NCBI GenBank assembly: GCA_964537195.1
Contig: CAZHYZ010000003.1
Coordinates: 1,355-55,765, forward strand
Origin: an uncultured Methanosarcinales archaeon
GTDB lineage: Archaea > Nanobdellota > Nanobdellia > Woesearchaeales > GW2011-AR15
Length of the DNA: 54,411 nt
Direction of reading: 5' to 3'
Made by a program: the position numbers and the translations under genes. Below the pieces are notes generated by a model. The model saw only the letters and a program-made list of their open reading frames with translations, did no database searches and was not told the DNA's origin. Positions 22,001 to 29,395 of this stretch are shown here, piece after piece. Positions within the stretch are counted from its first letter, which is position 1. Every line of letters begins with the position of its first letter.

Positions 22001-25000
22001 CATAATCACCTGCATTACAATCAGTGTTACCTTCCTGCATCTGTATTATTAAAATTTCATCTCCTATTTTGAAACCTGTTGAATCATTAACAATTATGTT
22101 TGATTCTCCAACAGATGAATTCTGCATAATAAATGTGTAATTATTCACTTGGTAATCAGCTGTTGTTACAGTTAGCGAACCATCAGAGCCAGAACCAGTT
22201 GAATTCAACAATAGTTCTCCATCTAAATAAAGGTAAACTGCTTTATCTGCTAAATCTGTACCATCTGATAAATTAGCATATCCCCTTGCACTAACAGACT
22301 GATCTGGCAAAGTGATATTTGGTGAAACATTCAACAACAATGTCATTTGTCTGTCATCCTGTGATAATGTATAATTAAGATCAAACCAATCATAATTACC
22401 TGAAGAGTCATAACATAAGACATTCCATGTGTATTTCCCTAAGTCTAAATGAATTGAGATATTTGTGTTTGTATTATTCTGTACATTATATACAGTAATA
22501 TTTGGCTGGAAAGTACTGCTTGCATTATGATACAGTGTACAGTTCTGTATATCAACATTGTCTGTAACAGTGAAATTAAAATCAATAATTATTTCATTCA
22601 ACACGGCGCCATCCGAAGGATTATTCAAAGAAGTCACAAAAGGAGGTGTTGTATCTATTGTAGTAAAATTAAATATTCCTGTCTCATTACAATTTTCCGC
22701 TAAATCACAGGAACTTACATTAAAGTAATACAGTGTTTTTGGCTGCAGACTACCAATCCCTAAACTATGTTCTTTAACATACAAAGCTCTTTCTTTTATA
22801 GAACCAAGTGATTTTGTCTTTCCATATTTGACAGTAGAATTAGCATTCTCACTAGTTGTCCAATTTATCCTAGCTGTTGTTTCTGTAATTTCTGAAACAT
22901 TTACATTAACTATTGTAGGTGGTGTTGAATCTGGATTTGCTCCTGAAGTGAAATTATAAGTTCCTGTAGAGTTACAATTACCACTTGGATCACATGAAGT
23001 CACATTATAATAATAAAGGGTATTGGCACTTAATCCTATCAATCCTATACTATGTGAAGTTAAAAAATCTGAGTTGCTCTTATTCATACCAAGTGATTTT
23101 GTTTCTCCATACCCTAATGTTGAGTTTGCAATCTCATTTGTATCCCATTCAATGACCGCCGTAGAAGCAGTTACTGTTCCATTATCCACATTAAATATGG
23201 CTGGTGGAGTGATATCGTTTACTGTTAGATTTTCAATCTGTGAATAATAAGTCTCATCTGTTGTTGTTGAATTACAGAAAGCTCTAAAGCCATAGTTACT
23301 AGGATCCCTAACAAAGATTCTAAATCCATAATTATCCTCGCTCTCTCCTGGAGATAAAGTGCCTAAATAATACTGCGATGTGTTTGCATAAACATTTCCA
23401 GAACCAGTTGAAATTTCTTCATAATTACCTGAGGAGTTATCCTGCAATACAAGATAGACAGTTCTTGCTTCAATAGAATCTACAATATTATTAGAACAAT
23501 TTACCCTTAAATCTATGGTTCTGTCTTCATCAATATTATTAGTTTGATTAAAAGCAATTGAAACGCTTAAGTAGGGTTTCACCTCAGTATCTGATGACAA
23601 CTCTGTTTGGGGTTCAGGCCAGATATATTGTCTAGCTGATTTAACACTGTAAATAACTTGTTCGTCTCCACCATTTCCACCAGCGCCATCACTATCCTCA
23701 AACATCATATAAAATGGATGTTCACACACAACTCTAGAACCTGCCATAAAATAATCATCACCAGGATTATCTGCGCCATCACCAAAATATAGTTTTGAAG
23801 GGAAAGGATAACCAACACTACTGTCTTGTGATGTGTTCTGCAACTCCTGTGAAACTCCATTTTCATCAAACAATTCACACTGAGTTGTATTCATAGTAAC
23901 AGAGCCAGCAACATATTGCCCATCATCATATACAAAATATTCTGTGTCAAGCTCAAATTCCGGCTGTCCGTAAGCTTCTTCATTTCCATCAGAGTCAGCA
24001 GACTGATGACCTCCTATAGAAACACCTTCTGAAACTAAGTGATAAGCTGCTCCAAGACCATCATTTGAACCAATGTTATTGTCCCATGTATCTGTTGCTC
24101 CTCTTGTAGCTGAGTTATTGGAACCATCGCTTGCTAAAGTATCTACTTTATTATTGGTAAGATAATTAGAAACATAGAACACATTTATGCCCCACAAATC
24201 ATCAGTCATTGGATATACAGGAGCGTTGAAATTTGCACTACTGCCAGATTGCTGCATATAAACCAAAACAGGGCATGATGCATTGAAATACAGGCTATTG
24301 TCATCTGTCCATGATATTGTAGTGTCTTCCACAGTTCCTTTATTCACATTAAGAGTCTCATCAACAGTGCCCCAAGAAGAATCACCACTTGCAGCCTCGT
24401 AAATATATACAGTGGCATCACAGAATGGAGAAAATACATAGTAATCCATGTTACTTCTCGTTATTCTTATTACAAACTCTTTGCTTGCCCAACTAATTGG
24501 GTTAAGGGCATCTCCATCTCCTGATGCATCACTTGCACCTCCCATGATTGGTCCTGTAACATTAAAACCTGTTCCTGCGTTAACATCAGAGTTAACAAAA
24601 TCAAGATTAACCTCTCCTCTATTAATCGTTCTACTCTTGCCTGTCTCGGCTGTAACTACTGTATCATTCTTAAAACTCACGATTGCAAGATCATTATTGT
24701 AAACATTCTCACCGACAGCATAATAGACTTTCTTACTAGTTGTATAATTGAAAACTTCATATTTATCGCTTTTGCTCTGAGCTGCTGAATTATTATAATA
24801 CATATAAATGCTGGTAGTTGTAGCATTAGGTATTTCATTTACCTGTACCCAAAGTAAAGTCTCTGTTGTGTTACATTTATATCTTGGAGTAACATCAACA
24901 TAGAAAGGAACCTCATTTTCATCCTCATCAATAAACCTTATGTCAGAACAATCACTATTCATATAACCCTGTGATATCAAGCTTTGAGTATCAAAAGTAA

Positions 25001-28000
25001 AGAAAACTTGATATTCTGTCAATGTTTTGTTTGCATTCTCTGTTATATTTATCTGTCTTCTCCTCTGCCATGAACTGTCCCACCATGAAACAAACCCATC
25101 TTGAACCTCTGTTATGGTTATTGTATCTGTAACATTCAATGGTTCATAACCTTGTACAGAGCCATCACAACTCACGTTCCATTCATATGTTTTTGGTATT
25201 GTAAATGTTCTGTTGTATTCAAATAATTCTGTAGTTGAGTTATATTGCATGCTTCCACTTTTATCATAGAAGAATATTTGACAGGTTGCCCCGGAAACAG
25301 GACTTCCTGTATAGTTTGTATAATTGGCAAAGAAATGCACTAACTCTCCTACATCTTTAGATAAAGAACCGCCTTCTGGATCATTATCATCCCATATTGT
25401 CAAATTACTATTCGCACTTGCTGAGTAAGCAGTAAATCCTGTAACTGAAAACGTTAGATTGCCCAGATTATAATTAATTATATTACAATCACTACACAAA
25501 ACTCCATCCTTTAAAATCACGGGTTTTTCGGAAAAGTCTAAATTAAACAACTGCAAATCTGCTGCCTTGTTTAATTCGGGTACAGAAACAGAATCCACTT
25601 CAATATAATTATCCTGTATTGTAATGAATGATGTAAGATTGTAAATACCTTCTAAATTTACATTCTGGGTGAGATTTATCAGACCAGAGCCAGGAGTTTC
25701 AAAAACTAAATTCAATATGTTTGATATATCAACTTCTGTTAAATCAGTAGTCCTGCCTGAGAAAGTAGATAAATTAAGAACATAGAAATAATTCATCAAA
25801 GAAGAGCCAGTATTGTCTTGTGCATCAGTACATGCAACACTCCAGTTATATTCTCCTAAATCTAAATTGTCTAATGTAAAAGTGTTTTGTTCTTGACTAA
25901 TTGTTGTGTTTTCTGCTTGAAATTGGCCATTTAATATTAAAGAACAATTAACAACTCCAGAGGCTGCATCATTTGCATTATATGTTAATACAATACCTCC
26001 ATCATTACCGGAATTATTTATAGGACTAATTAAATTAACAGAAGGACCTGTTTCATCAATAGTAAGATTATAAACAATATCATCCTGGCCTGTATTCCCG
26101 AAAGTATCATTACCAAAAGCTCTTATCTGGTAAAATTGACCATCACTTAGCAAAGACACGTCCCATATGCAATTATACGGTTCTTCTCCTTCTGTACATA
26201 TTAAATTCCAGGAAGATACCTCATTTCCTCTATAGTAAAAAGAAACAATATCCACATTGCTCAATAAATCACTGCTGGTTGCATTTATTTCAACAAAATC
26301 AGAAAGAACTGAAAAGTTAGATGGGGTTGTAATTGTTGTTACAGGTCCTGTTCTATCTAAAGTAATATTGTATGTGGTATCATTATTTCCTGAATTCCCA
26401 ACAATGTCTGTACCAAATGCCTTTATCTGGTAGTGAGATCCATCACCAAGCAAAGATAAATCCCATATATGTCTATATGGTTCTGTATAATCTGTAGATA
26501 AGAAATTCCAGAGCTCTGTGTCATTCCTTCTATAATAAAATGAAACTGAATCTAACTCGGTTAATGCATCATTGCCTGTTGCAATTATTGTATAAGAATT
26601 ATCTGTAATATTTGTAAAATTAGTAGGTTGAGATATTGCCACAACTGGTCCTGTAAGGTCAACTGTTAAAATAATTGAATTATTTTTTCTATTTGTAGAA
26701 TTATCTGCGGCCTGAACTGTTATATTGTGTTGGCCTTCATTAAGAGCATTAAGATTTATTGATAATGGTGTGTTATTTGAAACAACGCCATATTGTCCAT
26801 TTGGAGCTTCATCAACATAAACAGTATAATTAATAGAAGAATAATAGTTATCTGTTATTGTAAAATTAATCTCGGGTGTTGTGTCTGAGGTATTGAAATA
26901 ATTGACTGGTTCAGTGATGGAAACAATAGGGGCAACAAATTCACCAACATTGAAAGAACCTGTCTCAGTATTATTCAAATTACTGAATATATCATAAGCT
27001 AATATTGTAAAATAATGAGTTCCAAACTGGTCAACAAATATTGATTCATTATAATAGATATTTCCAGAATTAAGTGTGGTATAATTATTCTTAGAGTTAT
27101 CTGGTTCCTCTAATTCGATTAATACTCTCTCCACTCCGTAGTAATCTGTAACATTTGCTGAGATATTTATATTACATAAAATCTGAACTGAGCCCGGACT
27201 TTTTATATCCTGGACAGTTGGAGCTGTTGTATCTTCTTCTTCCCCCTCAACAGTAATTGTAGGCTCCTGTGCCCCGATGTATTTCCTAATTTTTAGATTA
27301 TCAACTAACACATAACTAGTCCCATCAAGATTAACACCGTGGACATGACTAACAACATAGTCAGAAGTTGATTTTGAAGTATCTGTCCCGCTATAAGCTG
27401 ATCCTCCATCTACAGTTGCCGTGAAACTGCTGTCTGTAACATTTTGTTTAACATGATACCAACTTCCTGCACTTTGAGCAGGATACTGGGTTCCAAAAGA
27501 TGACCAACTTCCTGCACTTAAATAGAACCAACCTCCATCAGAATCAGAAGTTTGTACTCTCCAAAAATAACCACTATTAAAATTCAATGAATCAACCCTA
27601 GGACCAAATTGATGGATTATTCTTGGTGTTCCTGCTAAATAGGCATCATATTCTATTATTGCGTCATCAATCTGATAATTTTTTGTAATCAAACGGGTAT
27701 CATAATATGAGTTTTTTGTCTGTGACGAATCAGGATCATGTCTTAGACTTGGAGCTGGTTGACCCAGAGAGCCATCAACAGAGACTGCATCTATATTCTC
27801 AGCATCAATTGTCCATTTGGCTAAATCAGAAAAATCATCCCAGAAATCATACACTTTACTTTTGTTGCTGGGTGGATTGGTTGCAGAAGGATTTCCATAA
27901 TATACATAGTATGAATCATCATAAGAACTTGCTGAAATGTCTTGTTGCAGTTTAAACCAAATTTCTGTATTTACACTGTTAAAATTTGATTCATTAGTTC

Positions 28001-29267
28001 TATCTATTTCTATGTTATTTGTACCATTCCAGAAAACAACACGGACATCATCACCATCATTTTGATATTTTATTCCTGTAGTATCAAGATTAAACTTCAC
28101 TGAATAACCTTCTGGAACTATTTGGGCCGCATTGTTTGTAACATTAATCAACTTCCTGTACAAATAAGAAGTATTCCACCAATTGGTTTCAGCAAAACCA
28201 GGGTCCTGGGGTGTAAGCAAGAAAGTATAATTTTTACCAGGTGTGATATCTCTTAACTTTGCCCAGGACCCGGTACATTGCTGGTCTTCAAAATTCCAAT
28301 CCTTACATTTCCATAATTCGGTTCCTTTAGCTTGGACAGTAACCTGTGCAGAATCAAAAGATAATTTTGTGGGGTCAATAGCATATGTGTTAATAGAATC
28401 TTTTTCATCAATCTCGATTTCTTTCTCAACTTGGTCTAATCTCAAAATCCCGTCATTATAACCTTGAATATCAAGCTTCTTAACAGGAGAATTATGGATC
28501 TTTACTTTTAATGAGGAAGCAGAAGCACTAACTACCTGACCTTGTTTCTCTTGTATAACTCCATAACTAATTGAACCGCCTAATCTGTCTTCAATTTTAA
28601 GTGAACTACTTGTGATAACGGGTGGTTCTTCTATTTCTTCTGATTCGTTCACAACAGACTCTTCAAAAACTGGTTCTTGAACCTCATCCTGCTCAACAAT
28701 CTCTCCAATAACAGTAAAATCAGCCTCTGCCACTGGCTCATTATTTTTAGTAAGTATTACTGTATAATCACCAGGATCAGAAGGAAGAAATTTAATTTCC
28801 TTGTTTCTCAAAGTAAAGAACCTATATGTTCTTTCTCCCGTATTCAACTCTAAAGAATATTGAGAAATATCTGGCACATCTATCTCTATAAGAACTGTTT
28901 CTCCAACATCATAGATTTCTTTATCTGTATCAACCTCCTCAACTATCTCTGGCGTAGGATTAGGAACCAGAAATTGTGCCTCATCCAAGAGATTATTATC
29001 ATAAAAGAATTTTATTTTATGCAAGCCATATTCTCTAGGAAAATACCTTATCTCAGAACCAGGATTAAGATAATTGTATGTCCTTACGGGATCTTGTACT
29101 TCAAGTAAAGTGTTAGAGAAATCATCATAATTTAAGTTAATAGTAACGGGTTCATAAAGAGAATAATTCTTCTCATCAACAGTGATAATATCAGGAGTCT
29201 GAGAACTAGTAAGGATAGCTAAAGCTAAGAATACTCCAATCAGTAATACAAACCTCCTCCCTTTCAT
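10047..29267 (-). CDS. Giant (6406 aa) secreted multidomain adhesin-like protein
   Basis: Uninterrupted 19.2-kb ORF with a signal peptide. Four DUF2341-like starts (WWNTSY.YRK, WWDSSWQRRR, WWNTSWSYRL, GWDNSNFGYR), two FN3-like domains, a Gly-rich domain, DNRLRE-like, PA14-like (ASDDGSNLYIDG), many Ig repeats and dense N-x-S/T sequons. Confidence 0.92.
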   Translation of the reverse strand: MKGRRFVLLIGVFLALAILTSSQTPDIITVDEKNYSLYEPVTINLNYDDFSNTLLEVQDPVRTYNYLNPGSEIRYFPREYGLHKIKFFYDNNLLDEAQFLVPNPTPEIVEEVDTDKEIYDVGETVLIEIDVPDISQYSLELNTGERTYRFFTLRNKEIKFLPSDPGDYTVILTKNNEPVAEADFTVIGEIVEQDEVQEPVFEESVVNESEEIEEPPVITSSSLKIEDRLGGSISYGVIQEKQGQVVSASASSLKVKIHNSPVKKLDIQGYNDGILRLDQVEKEIEIDEKDSINTYAIDPTKLSFDSAQVTVQAKGTELWKCKDWNFEDQQCTGSWAKLRDITPGKNYTFLLTPQDPGFAETNWWNTSYLYRKLINVTNNAAQIVPEGYSVKFNLDTTGIKYQNDGDDVRVVFWNGTNNIEIDRTNESNFNSVNTEIWFKLQQDISASSYDDSYYVYYGNPSATNPPSNKSKVYDFWDDFSDLAKWTIDAENIDAVSVDGSLGQPAPSLRHDPDSSQTKNSYYDTRLITKNYQIDDAIIEYDAYLAGTPRIIHQFGPRVDSLNFNSGYFWRVQTSDSDGGWFYLSAGSWSSFGTQYPAQSAGSWYHVKQNVTDSSFTATVDGGSAYSGTDTSKSTSDYVVSHVHGVNLDGTSYVLVDNLKIRKYIGAQEPTITVEGEEEDTTAPTVQDIKSPGSVQILCNINISANVTDYYGVERVLIELEEPDNSKNNYTTLNSGNIYYNESIFVDQFGTHYFTILAYDIFSNLNNTETGSFNVGEFVAPIVSITEPVNYFNTSDTTPEINFTITDNYYSSINYTVYVDEAPNGQYGVVSNNTPLSINLNALNEGQHNITVQAADNSTNRKNNSIILTVDLTGPVVAISQPTNFTNITDNSYTIIATGNDALTELDSVSFYYRRNDTELWNFLSTDYTEPYRHIWDLSLLGDGSHYQIKAFGTDIVGNSGNNDTTYNITLDRTGPVTTITTPSNFSVLSDFVEINATSSDLLSNVDIVSFYYRGNEVSSWNLICTEGEEPYNCIWDVSLLSDGQFYQIRAFGNDTFGNTGQDDIVYNLTIDETGPSVNLISPINNSGNDGGIVLTYNANDAASGVVNCSLILNGQFQAENTTISQEQNTFTLDNLDLGEYNWSVACTDAQDNTGSSLMNYFYVLNLSTFSGRTTDLTEVDISNILNLVFETPGSGLINLTQNVNLEGIYNLTSFITIQDNYIEVDSVSVPELNKAADLQLFNLDFSEKPVILKDGVLCSDCNIINYNLGNLTFSVTGFTAYSASANSNLTIWDDNDPEGGSLSKDVGELVHFFANYTNYTGSPVSGATCQIFFYDKSGSMQYNSTTELFEYNRTFTIPKTYEWNVSCDGSVQGYEPLNVTDTITITEVQDGFVSWWDSSWQRRRQINITENANKTLTEYQVFFTFDTQSLISQGYMNSDCSDIRFIDEDENEVPFYVDVTPRYKCNTTETLLWVQVNEIPNATTTSIYMYYNNSAAQSKSDKYEVFNYTTSKKVYYAVGENVYNNDLAIVSFKNDTVVTAETGKSRTINRGEVNLDFVNSDVNAGTGFNVTGPIMGGASDASGDGDALNPISWASKEFVIRITRSNMDYYVFSPFCDATVYIYEAASGDSSWGTVDETLNVNKGTVEDTTISWTDDNSLYFNASCPVLVYMQQSGSSANFNAPVYPMTDDLWGINVFYVSNYLTNNKVDTLASDGSNNSATRGATDTWDNNIGSNDGLGAAYHLVSEGVSIGGHQSADSDGNEEAYGQPEFELDTEYFVYDDGQYVAGSVTMNTTQCELFDENGVSQELQNTSQDSSVGYPFPSKLYFGDGADNPGDDYFMAGSRVVCEHPFYMMFEDSDGAGGNGGDEQVIYSVKSARQYIWPEPQTELSSDTEVKPYLSVSIAFNQTNNIDEDRTIDLRVNCSNNIVDSIEARTVYLVLQDNSSGNYEEISTGSGNVYANTSQYYLGTLSPGESEDNYGFRIFVRDPSNYGFRAFCNSTTTDETYYSQIENLTVNDITPPAIFNVDNGTVTASTAVIEWDTNEIANSTLGYGETKSLGMNKSNSDFLTSHSIGLIGLSANTLYYYNVTSCDPSGNCNSTGTYNFTSGANPDSTPPTIVNVNVSEITETTARINWTTSENANSTVKYGKTKSLGSIKERALYVKEHSLGIGSLQPKTLYYFNVSSCDLAENCNETGIFNFTTIDTTPPFVTSLNNPSDGAVLNEIIIDFNFTVTDNVDIQNCTLYHNASSTFQPNITVYNVQNNTNTNISIHLDLGKYTWNVLCYDSSGNYDWFDLNYTLSQDDRQMTLLLNVSPNITLPDQSVSARGYANLSDGTDLADKAVYLYLDGELLLNSTGSGSDGSLTVTTADYQVNNYTFIMQNSSVGESNIIVNDSTGFKIGDEILIIQMQEGNTDCNAGDYEFSFISDIDNNNISLTRTLQKDYCFYNPIITNSYEGENPAEGNHTSSVAQVVKIPHFTDLTIQSGTSISAPYWNGSIGGIVAFRATGTVTMDGYINTTARGFRGGTVFSSSDTQSTGPEDDDDGGQGEGIKGWGIQQDRTQAAGDDGRGYNNANGGGGSYCTDNDGGDPGAGGGYGTTGGDAGTGYSSQGSGPNPEEGGISIGTANLSGMYFGGGGGGGSDSDDLNCEPNLFITPVNSRGTYCQRGGHGGGIVFITANTITNARIKADGHTPDPVWDGGPGGGAGGTVWLRAYSINVSDVSADGGYSVCGIKTNDVGNDCGGPGGEGRVRFDYTYLTGSSTPSPGYTEDFATTFTDDSGNYDYVFTAPSQEGYHEVKANTTFNMIISKEVIKYLLVDFSEPTVDLLYPGHDVSLATPNVNLTYRATDKFDTSLLCNVTLNNFIQNPSPLASLNNTAENYSVTLSSGYYYWNVTCADDIPNVNTSITRNFTLDLEGPDTTITDPVNFTNISKDSYYLAANSVDVYSGVDKVTFEYRRLETDSWNTACSGNSQPYNCSWSLTLLDDGRNYQIRARANDTLGNLGPYYTVYNVTLDRQGPITTITDPVNFTNITSNSYSITATATDISGEVDGVSFYYRKNDTVSWNYLSTDYTEPYRHTWDLSSLDDGEHYEIRVGANDTLGNLGENYTVYNITIDRTGPVTNITDPVDFTNISENSYLLQATSTDALSLMDTVLFYYRQNKTEPWIFTCDDNTLPYSCSWDVSLLEEGDSYQIRARGNDSLGNIGDNDTVTNITLDRSGPVTTITTPVNFTNITTNIYEINATSTDLLSDVDSVFFYYRENDASSWNLICTDQESPYNCTWDLTLLNDGKFYQVRAYANDSLGNGGDYNYVYNITVDREGPVVLITDPVNFTNITDSSYDLAASASDLSGIAEITFEYRRNETESWSLACNDITEPYNCSWSVLSLDEGKNYQIKAYGNDTNGVVGSYYIVYNITVAKPPKITNIQPTAGSKYNLTENITISATVRDVLGLNTLYANVTTPEGDIYTLDLVHTTGDTFEANFSNLTLRGQHTINFFANDTLGMVNATESTYFLRKAPEDKVIDVVNTDEEYVDYEVTVLQNTSGILQLRIVPQDYKIKEIIINEHNEESPYSVVRIENDTNDEEYFITTYLVDLSGMNFTTANITVNASGYHLFKCTDINDSLSCNNPETYEQIRTGLIQGENYTFTLNRTDPAFGETLQGPDNTSDTYLSEQNTNNNFGGASFISVGKANPASSATRGLVQFNLSYIPSGVQINSANLSLWFFEIPSGDDTGLRTHELYKVQQSPVRPWVELESTWEDYNSTDAWTTAGGDYTTLTDTQTFDSSDLDSWVTYNVTSNVQEFADNKSSNFGWTILDSVEGTTETRRYYRSSEHTTLSERPRLEINYEDILPPGIILDYPFNNTLTNLNAHDFFYNVTENIGFGNCSLYLNNQINTTNNTIFNNARNNFSVSGFDDGDYDWQVSCYDSAELSNSSGVFSLRIDTTEPTINLSFPGNTQLVGSKFNFTFSATDNFDLQTNCTLVINNTVNQTDISVNNNTAVDLAREFNQDGVYFWNVTCTDNANNTNTSETRSFTVSIAPPISRAIQALPNYTGLGQQVLIRANATDFNGILSVKANVTKPDGNEVFELYNKTGEITFEGHFNNTWRVATYNFTIITTDGLGNTNESDIFSFSLNSTASIVIQTEQDSYGPNQVVNLSEADVPWWNTSWSYRLPVTINAGSSNRSDYPVEYIINFTKELEDLGGSGSIDNNSIRVIEWDGNSNTEVKSQADNVTDMPLSWEDNAYIELVWIMEGHTDYNEDRTYYVYFDTTDNSKPAPVYDDGEFNWTHNAGNSVINNKYLSLTIDNSGVIEDIRSKDGNEVDVTADWYWNYWRVTNDWDIQDFTSGSFVKRNCGPVKCTVIINGIGGMSDVATANTTYHVYANSREIRTFKGIRMSTTNGMQLGDELNVPGGYTFTATGSHPTYIETDTVDGSGSNERSDRTQGSSNPYDFDTGFWAYRVDGSDPDAFAVARKYVKDSNNNSMPMHVNYWDSGGETAVGWENGWDGGNQFIAGTDYIAANYYYVTTAADSDYNYGLWFYNNTIYDPTITTNNGETLEESISSISNTGDTALSGYFIMTIDSNVTGIWRYNYTVLNDTKTKKLRNFTINEFFELADIWNGPGEGAGWNTGNSESGYYRAKVALTDNDGNVLIDGDDNPINSTYKFYVDITPPIWYFIDVTNTTPNPNTVVNFSANWTDNLGLQSWSFYWKIQGQPAFTLQDSGNFGGKYNWSRASKNIPSGAEGKWIQFYFTATDVQGAVASTNISNITVRDITPPVISDETVISTKIYRNESVNISALVNDNLELDSVWANITKPDGNSFIADMDNVSTEFSALFSDTEIIGEYNVTVYANDTYSNIKASSLLQFEVFGWSNLSYESPIGGSYPVNTLIDLTCKVTDHNTTENVQNYPVRFYAGGIFLGINNTDATGIATRTWNISGVGYTSLNCTIMNQPSLYYDVNYGSVNSSINVLVPNVTLDKVEHENNMSYSLDEYETYDVIDSVNITVNNTGRANASNVRVKLNVLNRLNSIVSWFTEQENSCGRLDEGELCKTEYNNSDNGYNITTLTPVGRHRWNITINWSKGGVPPLNYKRDFLIYHVPNNITARFNESEITPGETTQYVANVTNPWTKNLTGANITINCPSVTGLSCSCYDQPGLICNVGELENRTFTEIMFNVSTTGSTPIGDYGINMTIEYVNPGNEYHRWNEIKTRILQVKPLVAFIIDYPENITRSDLFNLTGYAINIGSVTLNSVELNWTLPTGWTNISGGLEAFTSSLDPNEKFWNNISVNTSKTIELGPQDVVLSTYSPDANFDDDRKTITVFATTNFSEIKVSDNNPYRGDTIRVNARLIWDNSSEVKNETIYFQNMFTNETNSTGWATIYYDIPPWAPLGQNAFQINVSYPGSNVIYTLSSNASINITVRDRINTSTNVIPKVTGYGQSVVIYANATSGIPVDSVRSNVTNPVLFSSTTDMDLVSGTYVSEYNNTWTRGYYNFTVLVNNTGGFENVSEVDFFEIRANASINYTTLKQYYGSNEIVNITGLFVEGWDNSNFGYRTQVNLSEPQNLARTDEHIRINFTIEEGKLPDSNENNTIMYCDDKQVHWDAYALTTSNGWVTELQGLAALNFTANEDKTCYIYYDDTYQGSEIEPEINGANYFCDADTESCFTADVTPANEDNNGYYSSLNLPNIDCAGGGQSEEGFSHELWCYYKGQETGSEDFAIASDDGSNLYIDGTTVISNDACQSTTCSQSTYSTVKGRYYELTANFAENTGDNDLYVLIDPTTCGAGDPSGNMLDTECYPFYGDEWKIIPEVGEEDQFDAVGRLNDVGSTNISGYLVMSVERNASGLWTPVKTIVNDTKTQKKRNVSFDDFLDISSIWNGPGEGPGFNTLTRQTAQYRATVHLTDPQGNILTSDDGSNITGYAYFYIDTTGPEVSLVSPTNNSWLNYQSITFKYYPNDTSLYNCSLWGDWSDIGFHLNETNTSPQNIVNNTFGPKTIREGNHEWAVQCYDSVDNSAFSDTWLLNVDVRSPTIDLDYPADDDNVSSGDINFSFTVNDNFAPYSVCDVFVNDAEVASNISVNDGATAGSIYGITTPGTYNWTVNCTDLAKNSRMVSANDFTVFSGPTYISINITTSNTTMELNWSSALFAESYNIYITNNYTRGFSETPNVTGITDLNWTDYQAFTTERRYYKVGTVKGSTVALSAKTAGKHTIELIPTWNLISTPFNITPWLLYNGTSGRDIFVQPSKSIVSLWRYNSTDQSFDRTDYINKAWDPATGSEQFTELEAGRGYWAEVNKTCNLTFFGIVPVHNMTYGLEDLYNVMGWYSPYDTLLYDESIVEPIDVTPYNSVDVILRYNTPQNKFEVTVYYPGWGWFPSFNNKNFIYLNPMQGYYFDVNQQANWTHDPNKQ
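19015..20525 (-). repeat. Five tandem ~300-bp Ig-like coding repeats in the giant gene (two more at ~26050-26650)
   Basis: Unit GPxTxITDPVNFTNIT..SY...FYYR.N.T.SW...PY.C.WD...L.DG..YQIRA..ND.LGN.G. Confidence 0.85.
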
Positions 29268-29395
29268 ATTTTAACCGCTACTGTTGATGATAATTAAATA
29301 TGAACATTACACAGAATAATTTCTACTCTAAATGCTAATGAAATCACCCCGGTAAATTAGAAAAATTAAAACATTTAGATTATATAAACCTTTCT

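Noticed and set aside
10880..29108. Many 60-120-aa ORFs inside the giant gene (e.g. 21395-21760)
   Set aside because: Alternate-frame or antisense shadows with no motifs or start signals.
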